Source: Nitrospirota bacterium | Lineage (GTDB): Bacteria > Nitrospirota > Thermodesulfovibrionia > Thermodesulfovibrionales > Dissulfurispiraceae | Assembly (NCBI GenBank): GCA_963710375.1 | Contig: CAVPZX010000003.1 | Span: 256,001 to 320,000 of the forward strand | Direction of reading: 5' to 3' | DNA length: 64,000 nucleotides | Shown here: positions 22,107-32,011 of the stretch, piece by piece | Layout of the letters: the number at the start of each line of letters is the position of its first letter | Numbering within the stretch: position 1 is the first letter of the stretch | The notes under the pieces: model-generated | Seen by the model: the letters and a program-made list of their open reading frames with translations, nothing else | The model's database searches: none | Told to the model about the DNA's origin: nothing | Program-made: the position numbers and the translations under genes

Positions 22107-22136
22107 TTGACAAACAGCAGGTATTTTTAGTAAGTT
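22107..22136 (+). promoter_or_regulatory. Sigma70-type promoter of hemW
   Basis: TTGACA-N18-TAAGTT, 7 nt before ATG 22144, directly abutting the family-B element end. Confidence 0.5.
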
Positions 22137-22143
22137 GAAGGTC

Positions 22144-23277
22144 ATGGTACATTATCTTTACATCCATATCCCATTCTGCATTGCAAAATGCGACTATTGC
22201 GATTTTTATTCTATTCCTATTGGCCGCTCCGGCGCGGATGAGTCCTGGAAATACGTATATGCCCTTTTGAAGGAAATGGAGCTGAGACGTGATATTGCAG
22301 GCGATCTCAAGACAGTCTACCTTGGCGGAGGCACCCCAACGCTCTTTTCCTCTGAGCAGGTAGCTGCTATTTTGTCAGGGGTAAGGGAAATTTTTTCCAT
22401 AGCCTCCGGGGCTGAAATAACTATTGAGGCGAACCCGGGAACAGTTTCCGAAAGGCAGCTGGCTGCTTTAAGGGAAACCGGCATCAACCGCATTAGTATT
22501 GGGATGCAATCTCTTTCAGACCGGGAGCTTTGCACTCTTGGCCGAAGTCATACTGAGGAGGATTCGTTTGCTGCGGTAAGCGCTGCAAGAAAGGCCGGCT
22601 TCGATAATATCTCGCTTGATTTGATATACGGGATTCCGGGTCAGCATATGGATATATGGGAAAATACAATGAGTAGGGCGCTTGAGTTTTTTCCAGAGCA
22701 CGTGTCGGCCTATGAGCTTACGCCGGAAGAGAGCACGCTCCTGCATGCCAACCTGGCAAGAGGCGTTTATGCGCTGCCGGATGAATCGCTTGTCATTGAA
22801 ATGTATTATGCGGCGCTCGAAAAAATGAAGGCGCATAGGTATCTTCATTATGAGATATCAAACTTTGCAAAAGCGGGATATGAATCTGTTCATAATATCA
22901 ACTACTGGGACCGGGGGGAATACCTCGGAGTTGGCGCAGGCGCGCACTCTTTTTTTAAAGGCAAACGGTCAGGCAACATCCGTGACCTCGACAGTTATAT
23001 GGAATCGATCAATAGTTCGGTGATGCCGGTGAACGAGGAGATAGCTGTTACGGAACAGGATGAGTTTAACGAAATGATTTTTCTCGGATTACGGAAGACT
23101 GAAGGGATCGATATGCGACTCATACCTGACAAAGAGAGGTTGTTGAAAAACAAGGCCGTGGATGCCCTGAAGCGCCACGGCCTTATCAAGATCGAAGACT
23201 GCTACCTCCGCCTTACATTGGAAGGTCTTGTCATGAGTACAGAAGTAATGGTCCAGATACTCAGCGAAAATCGGTGA
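22144..23277 (+). CDS. hemW: Radical SAM heme chaperone HemW (HemN-like)
   Basis: LYIHIPFCIAKCDYCDF, GGGTP, EANP, YEISNF, HNINYW. Confidence 0.9.
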   Translation: MVHYLYIHIPFCIAKCDYCDFYSIPIGRSGADESWKYVYALLKEMELRRDIAGDLKTVYLGGGTPTLFSSEQVAAILSGVREIFSIASGAEITIEANPGTVSERQLAALRETGINRISIGMQSLSDRELCTLGRSHTEEDSFAAVSAARKAGFDNISLDLIYGIPGQHMDIWENTMSRALEFFPEHVSAYELTPEESTLLHANLARGVYALPDESLVIEMYYAALEKMKAHRYLHYEISNFAKAGYESVHNINYWDRGEYLGVGAGAHSFFKGKRSGNIRDLDSYMESINSSVMPVNEEIAVTEQDEFNEMIFLGLRKTEGIDMRLIPDKERLLKNKAVDALKRHGLIKIEDCYLRLTLEGLVMSTEVMVQILSENR

Positions 23278-23340
23278 AGGGGAGCTAACGCCTTTTCGCA
23301 GGTTCTCCCTTTCTCCCCTTCTCCGATTCTGATGATCTCT

Positions 23341-24828
23341 TTATTTCGTACCTTTAGCCGGCACAGTTATGTACTGTCGAACGCCGCCCCTCACGATCAG
23401 CGCCAGTACGTCCTGATTGCTCTCAATGCCGGCTATCGCTTTAGTGTATTCTTTTGTATTGGGTACCGGTTTCCGGTTTATTTCGAGCAGGACATCACCT
23501 TTATTGATGATACCGAGGGCGGGGCTGTCCTCATCGATATTGCTCACTATAACGCCCCGGTCCTTTCCGCTGATATTCAGCTTCTGACGATATTCATCAG
23601 TGAGGTCCTGAACTGAAACTCCCCTTAAAGCATTATCGATCGTAACATTCGGGATGACCGCAGTCTCAACAGGCAGTTCACCGATAGTAACATTTGCAGT
23701 CAGGAGATTGCCTTCCCGGATCATCTTTACAGCCACCTGTCTGCCCGGTTTAGTTTCAGCAACCATATTTTTAAAATGGTAGGGATCGTTTATCTTTTTG
23801 CCGTCGTATTCGACCACAACATCGCCACCTTTCATCCCGGCTTTAGCAGCGGGGCCTCCATCTGTAACATCTACCAGCAAGACGCCGTTATCATCTTTTA
23901 ATCCGAACTGCCTGGCAAGGTCAGCGGTGAGCGGCTGTATCTGAACGCCAAGCCAGCCTCGCACCACTTTGCCCTGGCTGATAATGCTGTCCATCACATT
24001 CTTGACCATATTTGCAGGAATTGCAAACCCAATCCCCTGATAGCCCCCGCTGGTGCTGAATATTGCATTGGTTACGCCTATCACCTCACCCTTTACATTC
24101 ACCAATGGGCCTCCGGAATTACCGGGATTTATTGCCGCATCAGTCTGGATGAAATTCTCATAATCGCTTATTCCCATACCCTCCCTTCCGACCGCGCTTA
24201 TGATTCCCATGGTAACACTGTGGCTCAGGCCGAAAGGGTTGCCGACCGCGAGTATCATTTCACCCGGTCTTATTTTATCGGAATTGCCCCATGGAATGGT
24301 GGGCAGGTTTTTTTCATTGATCTTGATCACAGCAACATCTGTTCGTGAATCCATACCGATAACCTTGCCCTTGTATGGCTCCTTGTTATTAGCGAGTTTG
24401 ACGACTATATCCTCGGCGCCTTCAATGACATGGTTGTTTGTAATGATATAGCCGTCAGACGTTGCTATAAATCCAGAACCGAGGCTCGCAACTTTTCTCT
24501 TCTGAGCTTCCTCTGGACCTTCCCCGAAAAACTTTTTGAAAAAGGGGTCATTGAAAAATGGGTTTGCCGGAGCTTTAACTGTTCGGGTTGTCGAGATATT
24601 TACTACGGCAGGCGTGACCCTTTCCGCAACTTTTGCCATCGCATCTCCGATTTTTGTCAGGAGTTCCGTCGCATCTTTGTCCGAAATCTCAGCTCTGACC
24701 GGGACCGGGAGCACGAGGCCAAGTGACAGGAAAAGGAACAGGCACGCTGCGAGCCCTGTTAAAGCCTCGCGGCGTATGCTTGCAAAGATTAATCTGTATT
24801 TCATGGATTCCCTCCGTATAATGTTCAT
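23341..24828 (-). CDS. degQ: Do/DegQ family serine endoprotease with two PDZ domains
   Basis: TNNHV, QTDAAINPGNSGG, RGWLGV; signal/TM segment. Confidence 0.9.
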   Translation of the reverse strand: MNIIRRESMKYRLIFASIRREALTGLAACLFLFLSLGLVLPVPVRAEISDKDATELLTKIGDAMAKVAERVTPAVVNISTTRTVKAPANPFFNDPFFKKFFGEGPEEAQKRKVASLGSGFIATSDGYIITNNHVIEGAEDIVVKLANNKEPYKGKVIGMDSRTDVAVIKINEKNLPTIPWGNSDKIRPGEMILAVGNPFGLSHSVTMGIISAVGREGMGISDYENFIQTDAAINPGNSGGPLVNVKGEVIGVTNAIFSTSGGYQGIGFAIPANMVKNVMDSIISQGKVVRGWLGVQIQPLTADLARQFGLKDDNGVLLVDVTDGGPAAKAGMKGGDVVVEYDGKKINDPYHFKNMVAETKPGRQVAVKMIREGNLLTANVTIGELPVETAVIPNVTIDNALRGVSVQDLTDEYRQKLNISGKDRGVIVSNIDEDSPALGIINKGDVLLEINRKPVPNTKEYTKAIAGIESNQDVLALIVRGGVRQYITVPAKGTK

Positions 24829-26237
24829 AATGCTCTTATTGTGAATTTTAACGCCTCAACTGTATTTTTATCAATACGGTAGCGCTCATCGGCGCGGTAT
24901 CCCACGACCCAGACAATCTCTTTATCGCTGAGCAGCAGGGGTATGCTGTCCCTTAGGTCTCTCGGCACCTTCTCGTCCACAAAATAGTCCTGGATTTTCT
25001 TTTTTTTCCCGAAGCCGGAAGGATAAAAATAGTCTCCGGGTCTCCGTGAACGGATTTGAAGCGGGAAACGGAGTTTGCCTGCGTCAAACACAGCCTTCTG
25101 CCTGCCGTCACCACCCTCAAATTCCCCTCCTGCGAAGGGGGCATTTGTAGGGGTCGGCTCGCGGATATCAATAGATGTGCAACTGAGCACAACGGATGTC
25201 TCTCTTATGAAAACATCTCCGGGACCCTCTATAATATGCGTTTCTAATGCCGCGGGATGATCGGAAGAGATGGTAAGGGTTGAATACCCCTTTATTGCCC
25301 GGACGCCTCTGGGCAGGTAAAGCCTGTCGCCTGAATGACCTGATTTTACCAAATCGAGCAGGGCTTCTATATGTATAAAACCTATTCCACGGAGTCCTTC
25401 TACAGCTCTCACTGCTCTCCTGATAATTCTCCTCACGAGTGCTTTGTCCATTCTTTCGATGGGTAATATGAACAACTCAATGGCGGTATCGGTCTTCCTG
25501 GATATTAATTTCATCAGGGCTTTCGTTGTCTGCAGTTCAAGGTAATCGTCCTCCTCTCTGCAGATATCGGCAGTCCTGCCAATTGTTATAGTCATATCGG
25601 GCCCCAGGTCTTTTAATGCCGGCATGACTGTGCGCCTGATCTTGTTCCTCATATATTTGTCTTCCAGGTTGGATGAATCAACCAGGAAACCGATTTTTTG
25701 AGTTTCGAGAAAGCGTTCTATCTCTTTTCTTTCGACGCCGATTATCGGTCGGATAATATTCTTTCTGACAGGCGGGATGCCAGAAAGACCCAAAGTTCCA
25801 GCCCCTCTAAGGAGCCTCATAATGACGGTCTCCGCCTGGTCATCTGCTGTATGGCCGAGTGCGATCTTAGCGGCCCCGGCAGTATGGGCGGCTTCATTGA
25901 GGGCCTTGTAGCGCAATTCCCTGGCAGCCTCCTGTTTGTTCAGGCCCTGCGCTTTCGCAAATGATTTAACATCGACGGATTTCACCGAAAAAGAGACATT
26001 AAGTGAAAGACATAACTTCTCGCAAAAAAAGATTTCAGCTGGAGTCTCCTCAGGCCTCAGCCCATGCTCTACATATGCGGCATATAAATTCATACCGAAG
26101 TGTTCTCTAAGGCTGTGGAGGACAACTAAAAGACAGACAGAATCGGGCCCTCCGGAAAGACCGGCAAGGACGCCGTCTCCATGTGAGAGCATGGAATGCT
26201 TCAGTATAGTATCTTTGGTCTTCGCAATAATATCCAT
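24825..26237 (-). CDS. tilS: tRNA(Ile)-lysidine synthetase
   Basis: SGGPDS, ARELRY, GHTADDQAET, RNKIR, C-terminal R.RRPGD domain. Confidence 0.95.
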   Translation of the reverse strand: MDIIAKTKDTILKHSMLSHGDGVLAGLSGGPDSVCLLVVLHSLREHFGMNLYAAYVEHGLRPEETPAEIFFCEKLCLSLNVSFSVKSVDVKSFAKAQGLNKQEAARELRYKALNEAAHTAGAAKIALGHTADDQAETVIMRLLRGAGTLGLSGIPPVRKNIIRPIIGVERKEIERFLETQKIGFLVDSSNLEDKYMRNKIRRTVMPALKDLGPDMTITIGRTADICREEDDYLELQTTKALMKLISRKTDTAIELFILPIERMDKALVRRIIRRAVRAVEGLRGIGFIHIEALLDLVKSGHSGDRLYLPRGVRAIKGYSTLTISSDHPAALETHIIEGPGDVFIRETSVVLSCTSIDIREPTPTNAPFAGGEFEGGDGRQKAVFDAGKLRFPLQIRSRRPGDYFYPSGFGKKKKIQDYFVDEKVPRDLRDSIPLLLSDKEIVWVVGYRADERYRIDKNTVEALKFTIRAL

Positions 26238-26261
26238 TATCTGATTATATAGTACACGAAC

Positions 26262-26386
26262 GGGCAATAGGCAATAAAACGTGAATAGTGAAAGGTGAAT
26301 GGTGAATCTAATCGGCTAAAGGCAAAAAGCAAAACAAGATGTCTTTAGTTTTTAACTATTCACCATTCACGTTTCACTATTCACCC
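26262..26386. repeat. Inverted arrays of heptamer tandem repeats (GTGAATA/GTGAAAG vs TATTCAC)
   Basis: gtgaatagtgaaaggtgaatggtgaat ... tattcaccattcacgtttcactattcac. Confidence 0.7.
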
Positions 26387-26451
26387 TGTCTTCTTTGCTG
26401 GTCCGGTTTACAATTCCTTTGTTTAATTGATATTATACATGTTGAATTTTT

Positions 26452-26544
26452 GGAGAGGTGGCCGAGCCGGTCGAAGGCAGCCGCCTGCTAAGCGGTTGTG
26501 GGGGTCACACCTCACCCAGGGTTCGAATCCCTGCCTCTCCGCCA
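26452..26544 (+). tRNA. tRNA-Ser(GCT)
   Basis: GGAGAGG acceptor stem, anticodon loop CTGCTAA, long variable arm, GTTCGAATC T-loop, encoded CCA; upstream TTTACA-N18-TATTAT. Confidence 0.97.
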
Positions 26545-26645
26545 TAAAGAATTAATTACGAATTAAGAATTAATGTTTTTTCCACGATTATTCATTCCTA
26601 ATTCTTAATTCGTAAATTTTTAATTTAATGAAAGGGAGGTACTTT

Positions 26646-27239
26646 ATGAGAAGGTTTGTAAAAATAATGTTAATCGCGCTTGTGCTGACAGGTATGGTCT
26701 CGGGTTGTAAAAAAGGGGAAGAGCATGCTGCAACGAATATGCCGCCGCAGATGCCGGCAGCCCCGATGGGCCAAATGCCTCAACAGCTGCCTGCTGCTCC
26801 GCTGGGCCAGGACCATGGGCAGATGCCTCTTCAGTCTCCGATGCCGCCTCATGGTGATGCAGCCGGCATGGCGCCCAAAGTGGAGAGGAGCGTTGTTGTT
26901 CCGAATGAGGTTAAAGGGAAGTGGAGCAAAGTTGTACTGGATGTAATGGACAAGGGATCTAACAAGTCCGAAGAATTCAGTGTAAAACTAAACTCTGAAT
27001 TTAAGATACCGAATAGTGACCTAAAAGTAATGGTCGGCGACTTTCTTCCCGACTTTATAATCACCGGCAGCTCCCTTACTTCATCAAGCAACAAACCAAA
27101 TAATCCGGCGGTGAAGGTAGAGGTATTTGAGGGAGGTAAAAGCATATTCAAGGGTTGGCTGTACGCAAAGTTCCCTACCATGCACCCCTTCGAGCACCCA
27201 AAATATGCGATAACTCTTAAAGAAGGCGTGAAGAGTTAA
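26646..27239 (+). CDS. Lipoprotein with Pro/Met-rich linker and DUF2155-like C-terminal domain
   Basis: Lipobox VSGC; IFKGWLYAKFP.MHPFEHPKY; GGGAGG RBS. Confidence 0.75.
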   Translation: MRRFVKIMLIALVLTGMVSGCKKGEEHAATNMPPQMPAAPMGQMPQQLPAAPLGQDHGQMPLQSPMPPHGDAAGMAPKVERSVVVPNEVKGKWSKVVLDVMDKGSNKSEEFSVKLNSEFKIPNSDLKVMVGDFLPDFIITGSSLTSSSNKPNNPAVKVEVFEGGKSIFKGWLYAKFPTMHPFEHPKYAITLKEGVKS

Positions 27240-27249
27240 AAAAGGGAAT

Positions 27250-27831
27250 ATGTCTACCTACATCTCGCTTGGTAAAGCACCGGAAAGTCCTGAGGAGAGG
27301 GCGTTGCTTCTCGCAAAGAAAGCGCATATGGAAGAACACATGGCCGGCCTTCAGCTTACCCAGGCACAAAAGAGAATGGTCGATTTCTTGATTTCCCGAA
27401 AAGGCTATGACGACAATGACCTCGAGATCAATCAGGACTTCACCTTTGAATTGCCTGGATGCTCTTTTGTTGTCCGGGCCGACATTATTGTCAGGATCGA
27501 GGGAAAGCGCCTTTTCACTGTTAAATGTGTTATGAGTTCAATGGAATCATGGGAGAGGCACTCAGTGGCTTTTGGACGTGTTGCAGATGTGTATCAGATT
27601 CCTTATGCTGTAATAACGGACAGCGAGGATGCCGGAATGATATCTACTGCAGATGGTACACTGGTAGCACAAGGGCTTGATGCTATTCCATCGAGGCAGG
27701 AGGCTGAACGCATGCAGGGAGAGACAAAGTTCAAGGCTTGTCCCTCAGAGAGAGTGGAAAAGGAGAAAAGGATCCTGTATGCCTTTGAAGCCATTAAATG
27801 CACCAATACATTAATCAATCCTGAAGGCTGA
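27250..27831 (+). CDS. Stand-alone type I restriction enzyme HsdR N-terminal-like domain protein
   Basis: FL..RKGY, ADIIV, QIPYAVITD, GLDAIPSR pattern; no hsdM/hsdS nearby. Confidence 0.6.
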   Translation: MSTYISLGKAPESPEERALLLAKKAHMEEHMAGLQLTQAQKRMVDFLISRKGYDDNDLEINQDFTFELPGCSFVVRADIIVRIEGKRLFTVKCVMSSMESWERHSVAFGRVADVYQIPYAVITDSEDAGMISTADGTLVAQGLDAIPSRQEAERMQGETKFKACPSERVEKEKRILYAFEAIKCTNTLINPEG

Positions 27832-27890
27832 AAAACCTTTCCCTTTTGCCTTTAGCCATTCGCCTTTAGCCATTTTTTATAGGAGATGCA

Positions 27891-28989
27891 GTGAAACTTG
27901 CGATCATAGGGCTCTCAAACGCGGGAAAGACAACAGTTTTTAATGCCCTGACCGGGCAGAGTCTCGATGCCACAATCTATCCTACAGTCAGCGGCGAGCC
28001 AAACTTCGGTGTAGTCAAAGTCCCTGACGAGAGAATCGAAAGACTCGCCGAAATCTATAAACCCAAGAAAGTTACTTATGCCACGGTTGAATATATAGAT
28101 TATATAGGACTAACAAAAGGCGATCTAGCACAGAACAGAAAGGTTTTTGATCTTATCAAGGATGTTGACGCCATTGTTCACGTAGTCAGGGCTTTTGAGG
28201 ATGATGCTGTTTCACATCCCATGAATGATATAAACCCTTTGCGGGACATAGAGACGCTGGAACTTGAGCTTGTGTTCGGCGATCTGGAATTTGTGGATAA
28301 AAGGCTTGAACGCATGGACGAGGGCGCAAAAAAAGGCAAAAAACCGAACGAGGCTGAAAAAAAGCTTCTTCGGAAATGTAAGGATGCCCTCGAAAAAGAG
28401 GTCCCGCTCAGGAATGTGCAGTTTGACGAGGAAGAGCAAAAACTGATGAGGCCGCTTCAATTCATTTCAACGAAACCCGAGGTTATTGTGATAAACACAG
28501 TCTGAAGGCGACTTGAACAGCGGTAAGTCAGACACGCTGCAGTCTTCGGTAGAAAACTATGTAGCGGAGAAGGGCCTGGCAGAGACAACAAAAGTGATAA
28601 CGCTATGCGGGAAGATCGAGATGGAGATAGCGCAGCTCTCTGGTGATGAGGCAAAGGCATTTCTGGAAGATCTGGGGATAGAGGAGCCGGCCCTTAAGAA
28701 GCTTATAAAAGTCAGCTACGACCTGTTGGGCCTCATTTCGTTTCTTACTGCCGGAGAGGATGAGGTGAGGGCGTGGACCATAACAAAAGGGACAGGCGCC
28801 CAGAAAGCTGCAGGGAAAATACATTCAGACATAGAACGGGGCTTTATTCGTGCAGAACTTGTCAGTTACGATGACTTTATTGCCGACGGCGGTATGTCTG
28901 CGGCCAGGGACAGAGGCCACCTGCGGCTTGAAGGAAAGACGTATGAAGTAAAGGACGGGGACATCATCAATTTCAGATTTAATGTATAG
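27891..28989 (+). CDS. ychF: Redox-regulated ATPase YchF (+1 frameshift at ~28501, probably a sequencing error)
   Basis: GLSNAGKTT, VKVPDER, FLTAGEDEVRAW, GKIHSDIERGFIRAE, FRFNV. Removing T28501 restores INTAEGDLNSG. Confidence 0.93.
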
Positions 28990-28992
28990 GGC

Positions 28993-29010
28993 CCGCATTA
29001 TTCATAAATT
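28993..29010. repeat. Solo terminal inverted repeat of MITE family A
   Basis: ccgcattattcataaatt is identical to the 18-bp end of the 37710 element; no partner end found. Confidence 0.6.
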
Positions 29011-29247
29011 GTAAAAGATAGAACCTGACCTGTCAGTCAATGTCAGAGCGAGTGTGAATTTCCGCTTCCTATAGGAAGGATATCGCAAAGTCGGAAAGGC
29101 ATTCAACTTCTCAGCGTCGCGTGTCGCGAGCTTGCGTTCGGTGCGACGACGCAAACACCGTCCGGAATAGAAGACCCGTAGTCTTAACATTTGTATTGAA
29201 GTTTTCTATACAACAGTGTATTGTAAAAGTGTATAAGGAGGTGTCCT

Positions 29248-29529
29248 ATGGCACAGGCACAAAGGAAGGAAGCCGTATCCATCAACATACGCGCCAAAGC
29301 GGAACAACGCGATCTCATCGACCAGGCCGCCGAACGGCTTGGTCGAAGCCGGTCAGATTTTATGCTTGGCGCTGCCTGCCGAGAAGCGGAAGACGTGCTG
29401 CTTGACCAGGCGTTTTTCACGGTCAATGCTGGAACCTTCGCCAAGTTTCAGGCGATGCTTGACCGGCCTTTACCGCCGACCGACAAGCTACGCCGGTTGC
29501 TCAAGACGAAAGCTCCCTGGGACAAATGA
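29248..29529 (+). CDS. DUF1778 ribbon-helix-helix antitoxin (TacA/AtaR-like)
   Basis: INIRA....RDLIDQAA..LGRSRSDFML.AA...AEDVLLDQ. Confidence 0.92.
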   Translation: MAQAQRKEAVSINIRAKAEQRDLIDQAAERLGRSRSDFMLGAACREAEDVLLDQAFFTVNAGTFAKFQAMLDRPLPPTDKLRRLLKTKAPWDK

Positions 29530-30038
29530 CAGCCTTTGTTCTAACGCCTCCGTCGCCAATTTCAGCCGATCACGTCCTTGACGGTTTTGAATGCGGAGAG
29601 CCGTCACTGGATGAATGGCTGAAAAAGCGGGCGCTCAAGAACCATGCTTCAGGAGCCTCACGTTGCTTTGTCATTTGCCATGGTGCGGATGTTGTAGGCT
29701 ATTACAGTTTGTCTGCAGGGGCAATCAGACATGAATCGGTCACTAAGGCACTACGGCGCAATATGCCTGATCCACTGCCGGTGCTGGTGCTTGGCCGGTT
29801 GGCGATTGACCGGCGTTATCACAACCAAGGCCTTGGCAGCGCGCTGCTACGCGATGCCATGATTCGCGCCGTCAAAGTCTCTTACGATGCGGGCATATTC
29901 GCACTCATGGTTCATGCGTTGTCGGAACAGGCCAGGCGTTTCTATCTTTCGCGAGGTTTCGTAGAGTCACCGTTTCAGCCGATGACGCTTATGACGACTT
30001 TGGCAACAGTGCGCTCCATTCTGGCCGAACCAAATTGA
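29526..30038 (+). CDS. GNAT acetyltransferase toxin (TacT/AtaT-like)
   Basis: FECGEPSLDEWL, RRNMPDPLPV..LGRLA, QGLGSALL, FY...GF. Confidence 0.92.
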   Translation: MTAFVLTPPSPISADHVLDGFECGEPSLDEWLKKRALKNHASGASRCFVICHGADVVGYYSLSAGAIRHESVTKALRRNMPDPLPVLVLGRLAIDRRYHNQGLGSALLRDAMIRAVKVSYDAGIFALMVHALSEQARRFYLSRGFVESPFQPMTLMTTLATVRSILAEPN

Positions 30039-30053
30039 CCCCAAGAACTATGA

Positions 30054-30961
30054 TCATTGACAGCAGTATCGCGCAAGGCCATTTTGATGCGGCTTTCGAT
30101 GAAGGTTTCTATGCACATTCTTTCGGGTTATTACAACAGTTACCCAACGTCCGTCGAAATATTTTTCCGATAATTTCAGGCCCTGCTTTTCCATGGCCTC
30201 TATTACGTCATCTTCCTGGCCTGACAGCATCCCTGACATAAGTGCAATACCTGCATTGTCCAGGCAGGGCGCCAGGTCAGGGGCTATGCGTATCAGTATC
30301 TCCGACATCAAATTCGCTGCTATGAAATCAAAAGTGCCGCATCCGGGACTGACAGTCCCTTCCCGGACTACGATATTTTCGAGATTATTAAGCTTTATGT
30401 TCCTCTGTGAGGCAACGATGGCAAGAGGGTCGATGTCCAGACCGAGGACATGGCGAAATCCCAGCTTAGAGGCTGCTATTGCAAGTATGCCGGTGCCTGT
30501 GCCGACATCCAGAAATCTGTCTCTGGCGTAGTTTAGCGCGAACCGTTCTATTAGCATGAGGCAGGTCCTGGTGGTTTCATGGTGACCGGTCCCAAAAGCC
30601 ATTCCGGGATCTATAATGAGATTGATGCGGCCCTCTTTCCTGTTTTCCCAGGGGGGAGAATAGAGAAGCGTTTGCCGGCATCGATGGGCACGAATTTCTT
30701 TTTCCACGACTCGTTCCAGTCTCTCTCCGAGACGAAAACGTAATCGAAGGAGATGACACGTTCCAAACCGGCATCTTCAAGTATTGCATCGCACAATGCC
30801 AGTTCATCAATGATACGGCTGATGCCCAGGGTATCCGGGAAATACGCTACGATGCGGGTTTCATGCTCGATAATGCCCAGACAGCCTGCCGCCGAAATCC
30901 TATGCACCAGCGCATCACGTGATTCGTCAGGCAGCGTGATACTAAATTCGTAATATCCCAA
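30054..30961 (-). CDS. prmA: Ribosomal protein L11 methyltransferase (-1 frameshift in G6 run 30651-30656)
   Basis: DWNESWKKKF, PPWE, IDPGMAFGTGHHETT, LDVGTGTGILAI. Adding one base restores ILPPWE. Confidence 0.92.
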
Positions 30962-30962
30962 T

Positions 30963-31988
30963 TTATTTTATACTCGTGCCGATACTCCCCACTATATTCA
31001 TTCCCTTTACTCTATTAATCTCCTGCTGCATGTCGTTGACTTTCTTTGATAGTTCTGCTATAGTGTTCTTCTGTTCCTGAACAACCCTTGTCAATACAGC
31101 AACTATATCCATCGGACTCAGACCTTTCCTGTCTTTTGTTGCCACAAGTTCGGGAACATCCTCTGCAATAAAACCGACATGTGTGTCTTCTTTGTCTGTC
31201 TTGTAATTAAATTTTACGGGGCTCAGCCCGTCCAACACATGATCAGCCTCTTCCGTTGTCAGTGTCTTAATATTTTCCTTGTATGCCCTGCTTGATGCGT
31301 TGTTCCACGTATTTCCGTCCGAATAAGCTCCGCTGGCCCCGGCCAGTTGCAACAGATGACCTGGACTTGGTTCGGGGATGCCGCTGCCGGTATCTCCGCC
31401 GATGCCGACATTGCCGTTTGAAGTTATTACCATTCTTTCGAGCCTGGGGAACCCGGTTGAAAGTGTCTCAAACACAAGTTTTGTCGGCACACTGCCGGGT
31501 ATGCCGGGTGTACCGGGTATAACAGTGCCATCCACTTTAGCGGTAAAGCCAGCGGCATTCACAAAGTTTGCTCCGTCATATCCGGCGAATACGAAAAATC
31601 CCACCCTGTCTCCAAGTGCAACGACTGTTGGTGATGACTGCGTACCCCTCGCAAACCTGAAATTACCGCCGCCGCCCCATGTCACAGTAGTGGCAGGTGA
31701 TACAGGTAATCCGTAAGAATCCATGACGAACTCGGTATTATTGCTGTTTGAAGAAGCGTAGAATAGACTCCCTGACGGACCGTTAAAGGTACTGCTGTTG
31801 AGCCGTAAGGTGCCATCGTCAGCGGCTGCGAATTCTATATTATTTCCGGAGTCAGTAACTATCAGCCTGTCGGTGCTGTGCGCCCAATTAGGGCTTACAA
31901 AAATCACAAGACCTATGGCAGCCATGTATAAAACTGGGTACCACCTTGACTTAATTGTCTTTGTCCTTGCAAGAGTATTCTCTCTCAT
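30963..31988 (-). CDS. Secreted protein with C-terminal peptidase S74 (intramolecular chaperone) domain and coiled coil
   Basis: Signal peptide; SSRAYKENI, PVKFNYK, GFIAEDVPELV, LTRVVQEQ. Confidence 0.85.
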   Translation of the reverse strand: MRENTLARTKTIKSRWYPVLYMAAIGLVIFVSPNWAHSTDRLIVTDSGNNIEFAAADDGTLRLNSSTFNGPSGSLFYASSNSNNTEFVMDSYGLPVSPATTVTWGGGGNFRFARGTQSSPTVVALGDRVGFFVFAGYDGANFVNAAGFTAKVDGTVIPGTPGIPGSVPTKLVFETLSTGFPRLERMVITSNGNVGIGGDTGSGIPEPSPGHLLQLAGASGAYSDGNTWNNASSRAYKENIKTLTTEEADHVLDGLSPVKFNYKTDKEDTHVGFIAEDVPELVATKDRKGLSPMDIVAVLTRVVQEQKNTIAELSKKVNDMQQEINRVKGMNIVGSIGTSIK

Positions 31989-32011
31989 TTTTGTTCTCCT
32001 TTGTTGTCTTT

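Noticed and set aside
21916..22167. 83-aa minus-strand ORF, and the ORFs at 58805-59002 and 58810-59094, as genes
   Set aside because: They are open frames running through MITE sequence, with no convincing RBS or protein features
26452..26640. tRNA-Ser as the integration site of a genomic island
   Set aside because: No integrase and no duplicated tRNA 3' end noticed in the window
27250..27831. Type I restriction-modification system
   Set aside because: Only a small HsdR-N-like protein; no helicase domain, hsdM or hsdS
30963..31988. Prophage tail-fibre gene / prophage
   Set aside because: The S74 domain is present, but the protein has a signal peptide and there are no capsid, terminase, integrase or other phage genes nearby
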